A DNA stretch of 62,318 bases, counting the filler. It is 3 parts of 3 records of this genome, joined end to end, with 100 filler letters (N's around TTAATTAATTAA, not from the genome) between each part and the next. Parts side by side here need not be neighbours in the genome. Positions count along the whole stretch, not along the records: positions 56,822 to 62,318 come from SRR31156797_721; 2 more parts are not named here. The stretch is one strand, 5' to 3'. Both the position numbers and the translations under genes were made by a program. Below, piece after piece: positions 58,510-62,318 of the stretch; the stretch's first letter is position 1; each line of letters opens with the position of its first letter. The notes beneath the pieces were generated by a model that worked only from the letters and a program-made list of their open reading frames with translations, made no database searches and was not told the origin of the DNA.

Positions 58510-58533
58510 GGGAGGCAGAGGTCTCCTTTTTTT
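58510..58533 (+). terminator. intrinsic terminator, possibly of an sRNA
   Basis: GGAGGC-AGAG-GTCTCC-TTTTTTT. Confidence 0.7.
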
Positions 58534-58648
58534 GTCAAATAAATATTTTACTTCACCTGAAATTTAAAGAGAGCTACTGCTTTCCCACTTAATACGAGAT
58601 TGTATTAAAATACAAATCAAAAAAATGTACCCTTCTTGCTTGTGAGCG

Positions 58649-59377
58649 TTAAATATTGATGATGTAATTTTTGTTGCTCGTTTTATCGTAAATGTCTTTG
58701 CTAAACATATAAAGGTTGGCTGGTTTTTTAGAGCCTCCGCCAATCCGCTTTTCGTCGAGCGGTACAATGTAGGTTTTGCTAATCGCTTTTTTTCGGAAGT
58801 TGCGGTTGTCTATTTTAATATTAAACACCGACTCGTAGGCAAGTTGTAATTCGTTGAGAGTGAATTTATCATCCAAAAATTCAAATATAATAGGCTCGCT
58901 CTTTACTTTTTCCTTTAAGTCGGAGAAAGCACGAGCAATTATTTCTTCATGATCGAATCCCAACTGCGGCAATTCGTTTATTGGGAACCAACGGGTGTTG
59001 TCATCTCTTAGCTGAACCCGGATTGTGGGAAGCAGAAAATAATAAGCGACGGAAACAATGCGTGGATTTATGCCGTGGCTTTTTAGCCAAAGCAAGTCTT
59101 TCTCGTTTTTTATTCGCTCCGGGTTTCCAAAAGTGCGAAACTGTTTATAGTAAACCTGGTCGAGCCCGGTCAGTCCTTTGAAAATACGCACTGCTGTTTC
59201 ATCCAGTCTTTCGCTTTTTAATACATGGTCGCCGGTTAATACCCAATCGTCAATAATCGGATATTTATTATCGTGCATATGTAGCTTTCGTTTCGACAGG
59301 AGGATGCTAACACCTGCTGCGTCAAAACCAAAGGTCACACAGTCGACCGAAATATTTGGAATCTTTCTAAAATCCAT
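58649..59377 (-). CDS. NrtR-family (Nudix plus wHTH) transcriptional repressor
   Basis: SVDCV, degenerate Nudix box, FDH, FTLNELQ and DNRNFRKK..PANLY. Confidence 0.92.
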   Translation of the reverse strand: MDFRKIPNISVDCVTFGFDAAGVSILLSKRKLHMHDNKYPIIDDWVLTGDHVLKSERLDETAVRIFKGLTGLDQVYYKQFRTFGNPERIKNEKDLLWLKSHGINPRIVSVAYYFLLPTIRVQLRDDNTRWFPINELPQLGFDHEEIIARAFSDLKEKVKSEPIIFEFLDDKFTLNELQLAYESVFNIKIDNRNFRKKAISKTYIVPLDEKRIGGGSKKPANLYMFSKDIYDKTSNKNYIINI

Positions 59378-59384
59378 AAATCAT

Positions 59385-59403
59385 AAACGTAATTAAAACG
59401 TTT
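59385..59403. promoter_or_regulatory. putative NrtR operator 1
   Basis: AAACGT-AATTAAA-ACGTTT (GT-N7-AC core). Confidence 0.7.
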
Positions 59404-59425
59404 TATAACGTTTTTAAAATCGATA

Positions 59426-59433
59426 CAAATATA
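59426..59433 (-). promoter_or_regulatory. Bacteroidota -7 promoter box for the regulator gene
   Basis: TATATTTG on the minus strand matches TAnnTTTG. Confidence 0.65.
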
Positions 59434-59487
59434 AAGATGTATTTAATTATTTCCTAAATATTGTAGTTAAACATGAGTTGATTTTAC

Positions 59488-59506
59488 ATACGTACTAAAA
59501 ACGTAT
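59488..59506. promoter_or_regulatory. putative NrtR operator 2
   Basis: ATACGT-ACTAAAA-ACGTAT. Confidence 0.7.
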
Positions 59507-59648
59507 TATGTGTGATTTTGTACTTATTCTTTTTGTTATTCTGTTCTTTGTTAAGGCGAGAGGAATAAACATGCTAAATAACATTCGTCTTGAAACTGTT
59601 GAAAATAAAGGGATACGGCGTTTTATAAATATTATTTTGTTGATATTG

Positions 59649-59681
59649 TTTGTTTTTTCGATTTTTTATTTAATATATTTG
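59649..59681 (+). promoter_or_regulatory. Bacteroidota primary-sigma promoter for the porin-permease operon
   Basis: TTTG-21 nt-TATATTTG. Confidence 0.72.
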
Positions 59682-59687
59682 TACAGC

Positions 59688-59706
59688 AAACGTAAAATAT
59701 ACGTTT
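59688..59706. promoter_or_regulatory. putative NrtR operator 3, at the predicted transcription start
   Basis: AAACGT-AAAATAT-ACGTTT. Confidence 0.78.
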
Positions 59707-59744
59707 CATCAAAAACAGAAATAAAATTAACAACTTATACGATT

Positions 59745-60563
59745 ATGAATTTGCAGGTAATAAAAATTAAGAGAATAAGACTGGAGCGAATTAAGTCAGA
59801 AAGACGTATAATACGTTTAATTGCGCTTTTATTATTGTGTAATGTTCTTTTGCTTCCGAATTTCGTACAAGCACAGGAAGAAGGTTCAATTTCGGAGAAC
59901 TTCAATTTTAATCTTGATTTACAAAATATGCACCTCTGGCATGGTTTTGTGGTTACGCCGGGTATTATGATGGCATCGAGCATTGAGTATTCTTCTAAAA
60001 ATGACAAGTTTATTGCAGGATTGTGGGGCGGTGCAAATTATGATGGTACCTACAAAGAGTTTTCGTATTACACAAAATATAATTTTACGTACAGCTTTAA
60101 TATAAGTCTGATTAGTCATAATAATTACAGCGATTACGAAGACCCAAACATTTTTAGCTACGATAAATATACTTCTCCAAACTTTGTAGATGTTGTTTTG
60201 GAGTATACTATTTCCAATGAGTTGCCACTGACATTTTATTGGTCGACCATTTTGTTGGGTAATGGTGGCGATTACGAAACGAACAACGATGGTTCGGTTA
60301 CCAACTCGTATTCGAACTATGCAGAGTTGCGTTATAGTTTTTTTCCTCAAAAGAAAACAAAGCTGACTCTGTTTGCAGGTGGTGCATTCTCGTTTGTTAC
60401 CGAAAAAACATTTTACAGCGAAAGTGCAAATCTTGTAAACCTTGGATTAAATCTGAAGCACGATGTGAACTTTTTTGAGAGAAAATTCCCGGTGTCGGCA
60501 ACCGCGTTCTGGAATCCGGAATCAAAAGTTGGTGCACTTCAGCTAGCAATATCAATAATTTAA
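59745..60563 (+). CDS. putative outer-membrane beta-barrel (TorF-like) protein
   Basis: Signal peptide ending VQA, NMHLWHG and aromatic-rich amphipathic strands. Start moved to ATG 59745, downstream of the promoter. Confidence 0.65.
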   Translation: MNLQVIKIKRIRLERIKSERRIIRLIALLLLCNVLLLPNFVQAQEEGSISENFNFNLDLQNMHLWHGFVVTPGIMMASSIEYSSKNDKFIAGLWGGANYDGTYKEFSYYTKYNFTYSFNISLISHNNYSDYEDPNIFSYDKYTSPNFVDVVLEYTISNELPLTFYWSTILLGNGGDYETNNDGSVTNSYSNYAELRYSFFPQKKTKLTLFAGGAFSFVTEKTFYSESANLVNLGLNLKHDVNFFERKFPVSATAFWNPESKVGALQLAISII

Positions 60564-60587
60564 TATAAATTCATAAGCATAATAATC

Positions 60588-62300
60588 ATGAAAAACGAAT
60601 CAACAAGAAAATTTGACCTGCTGGATGAAGAGCAGTTGCCTATAGCAAAGCACAAACTTCACGGCGGAAAACACTTTGCCGGATTATACGCCGGAGAGCA
60701 TGTTGCTGCAACCGAATTTGTTATTGGTGCCACCTTTGTTTCGCTTGGAGCAAGCACACGCGACATTTTATTCGGACTACTTATCGGAAACATCCTTGCT
60801 GTTTTGAGCTGGACTTTCCTGACTTCTCCCATAGCTGTACAAACAAGACTTAGTCTTTATACTTACCTCAATAAAATTGCAGGCGACTCAATGACTAAGC
60901 TTTACAACTGGGCGAATGCAATTATTTTCACAGTTATTTCAGCTGCCATGATAACCGTATCGTCATCGGCCGTGCGATTCCTTTTTAATATTCCGGCACA
61001 ACTAAATTGGTACTCTACAAATGTGTGGTTTATACTAATTGTAATAGCGGTGGGAATTGTTGTAGTATTTGTTGCCATTTACGGCTTTAATACCGTGGCC
61101 GACTTTTCTACAATTTGCGCTCCCTGGTTATTTACACTTTTTGTTGCCGGTGCCCTGGCTTTGTTGCCCGCCCTTGCGCATTCGGTAATTGGTTCAACTT
61201 CAATTTCGAGTTTTAGCGAATTTATAACAATTGGCGACCAGTCTATTTGGAAAGGAGTGACCAACACCGGAGAATCGGGCATTGGCCTGCTGGAGGTAAT
61301 TGGTTTTGCCTGGGCTGCCAACACTATTACCCACGTAGGTTTGATTGACATGGCTATTTTCCGTTATGCAAAAAAAGCAAGCTACGGTGTTTATTCAAGT
61401 TTTGGTATGCTTTTCGGCCACTACATTGCATGGATTGCTGCCGGAATTATGGGTGCAGGAGCTGGTGTTTTGTTGAACAAACCGGTTATTGCTTTAGACC
61501 CGGGTGATGTAGCATATTATGCACTTGGAGCATCGGGTTTTGTAATTGTAATTGTTGCCGGATGGACAACTGCCAACGCCAACTTGTACCGTGCAGGTTT
61601 GGCAGCTCAAGCTATTTTTAAAAATCATTCCAGAAGAAAAACAACTTTGGTTGTCGGTGTTTTTACTGTAATTATTGCCTGTTTCCCATTTGTTTTTGGC
61701 AAAATGCTACCAATGCTTACTTATGCAGGGTTGTTGGTTGTTCCGGTGGGTGCCATTGTTTTTGCCGAACACTTTCTTTTCCCTAAAATTGGATTTACAA
61801 GATACTGGGCTTACTACAAAAAAATTATAACCAGCAAACCGGCTATTATTTCCTGGATTGCAGGCCTTGTTTTAGGATTTGGTTTGAATGCCTTAGATGT
61901 AATGTCGTTTTACTACCTGTTTATTCCGGCGTGGTTTTTCACCTTAATCTTATATACTATAATGGCGAAAATGAGTGGTGCCACCGAAGATTACACCGAA
62001 GAGATTAAGGAAGAAGAACAATTGCAGGTTGATATTCTGGCTTACCAGGAAGAGAAAGCGAAAACTGAAAAGGTGCCTGTAAAAGACACTTCAATTTTTT
62101 CGAAAGTATTAAGTTATGCATCTATTGCATGCCTTCTGGTAATTACGGTTTTGGCAGCAAAAACGATGTTTGGCAGCCCCGATTTGGATACCTATAATTT
62201 CAACAAAGAAATATTTCATAAATACGCATTCTTCTGTACCATTGGCTATTTTGTGTTTGCCTACTGGAACCTTCGCAGAAAAAAAGCTTTAATCAAATAA
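60588..62300 (+). CDS. NCS1/purine-cytosine permease-like transporter
   Basis: About 14 TMs with GEHVAATEFVIGA, DMAIFRYAK and AGWTTANANLY. Confidence 0.85.
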   Translation: MKNESTRKFDLLDEEQLPIAKHKLHGGKHFAGLYAGEHVAATEFVIGATFVSLGASTRDILFGLLIGNILAVLSWTFLTSPIAVQTRLSLYTYLNKIAGDSMTKLYNWANAIIFTVISAAMITVSSSAVRFLFNIPAQLNWYSTNVWFILIVIAVGIVVVFVAIYGFNTVADFSTICAPWLFTLFVAGALALLPALAHSVIGSTSISSFSEFITIGDQSIWKGVTNTGESGIGLLEVIGFAWAANTITHVGLIDMAIFRYAKKASYGVYSSFGMLFGHYIAWIAAGIMGAGAGVLLNKPVIALDPGDVAYYALGASGFVIVIVAGWTTANANLYRAGLAAQAIFKNHSRRKTTLVVGVFTVIIACFPFVFGKMLPMLTYAGLLVVPVGAIVFAEHFLFPKIGFTRYWAYYKKIITSKPAIISWIAGLVLGFGLNALDVMSFYYLFIPAWFFTLILYTIMAKMSGATEDYTEEIKEEEQLQVDILAYQEEKAKTEKVPVKDTSIFSKVLSYASIACLLVITVLAAKTMFGSPDLDTYNFNKEIFHKYAFFCTIGYFVFAYWNLRRKKALIK

Positions 62301-62318
62301 CCTAAAGACATTAATAAA

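Noticed and set aside
59396..59413. Fourth ACGT pair near the regulator start
   Set aside because: Spacing is N6 rather than N7 and it overlaps operator 1.
59508..59744. 79-aa N-terminal extension of the porin-like ORF in the track
   Set aside because: It overlaps the promoter and operator. The signal peptide fits a start at ATG 59745.
1..62318. CRISPR arrays, tRNA/rRNA, transposases, integrases, prophage or defence genes, selenocysteine recoding
   Set aside because: By eye I saw no regularly spaced direct repeats, RNA gene signatures, relevant protein motifs or TGA-interrupted conserved ORFs.

Overview
The window is not one locus. It is three unrelated bacterial contigs joined by artificial 100-nt spacers (44 N + TTAATTAATTAA + 44 N at 27894-27993 and 56722-56821). 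Contig 1 (1-27893) is from a diderm anaerobe, probably Deferribacterales-like (inference). It carries ftsE-ftsX-envC-ctpA-yibQ-tsaD-dusB, tex, pabABC, three c-di-GMP proteins, an FMN riboswitch with ribB, and REP-like palindromes at both ends. Contig 2 (27994-56721) is clostridial: secA, prfB, lit, tsaD, mrnC, thyX, rlmB, yacP, an MBOAT/DHHW/DUF4358 acylation cluster flanked by two paralogous Ig-SGNH lipoproteins, tepA, an ECF sigma/anti-sigma/SIMPL unit, T-box-metG-tatD-GNAT-radical SAM, lgt, pncB and secDF. Contig 3 (56822-62318) is Bacteroidota: a GH2 3' end and an NrtR-family repressor divergent from a porin-like gene and an NCS1-like permease. I saw no CRISPR array, rRNA, tRNA, transposase, prophage or defence system. 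The best leads are: (i) an NrtR circuit readable from sequence, with three ACGT-N7-ACGT operators beside two divergent Bacteroidota promoters; (ii) the clostridial surface O-acylation module with two non-canonical SGNH lipoproteins; (iii) an ECF promoter inside the 3' end of the sigma gene; (iv) apparent pseudoenzymes (NlpC/P60 fusion, CbiB-like protein, I-site-only GGDEF); (v) several apparently leaderless genes in contig 1. All family calls are by eye from motifs; no database search was run.
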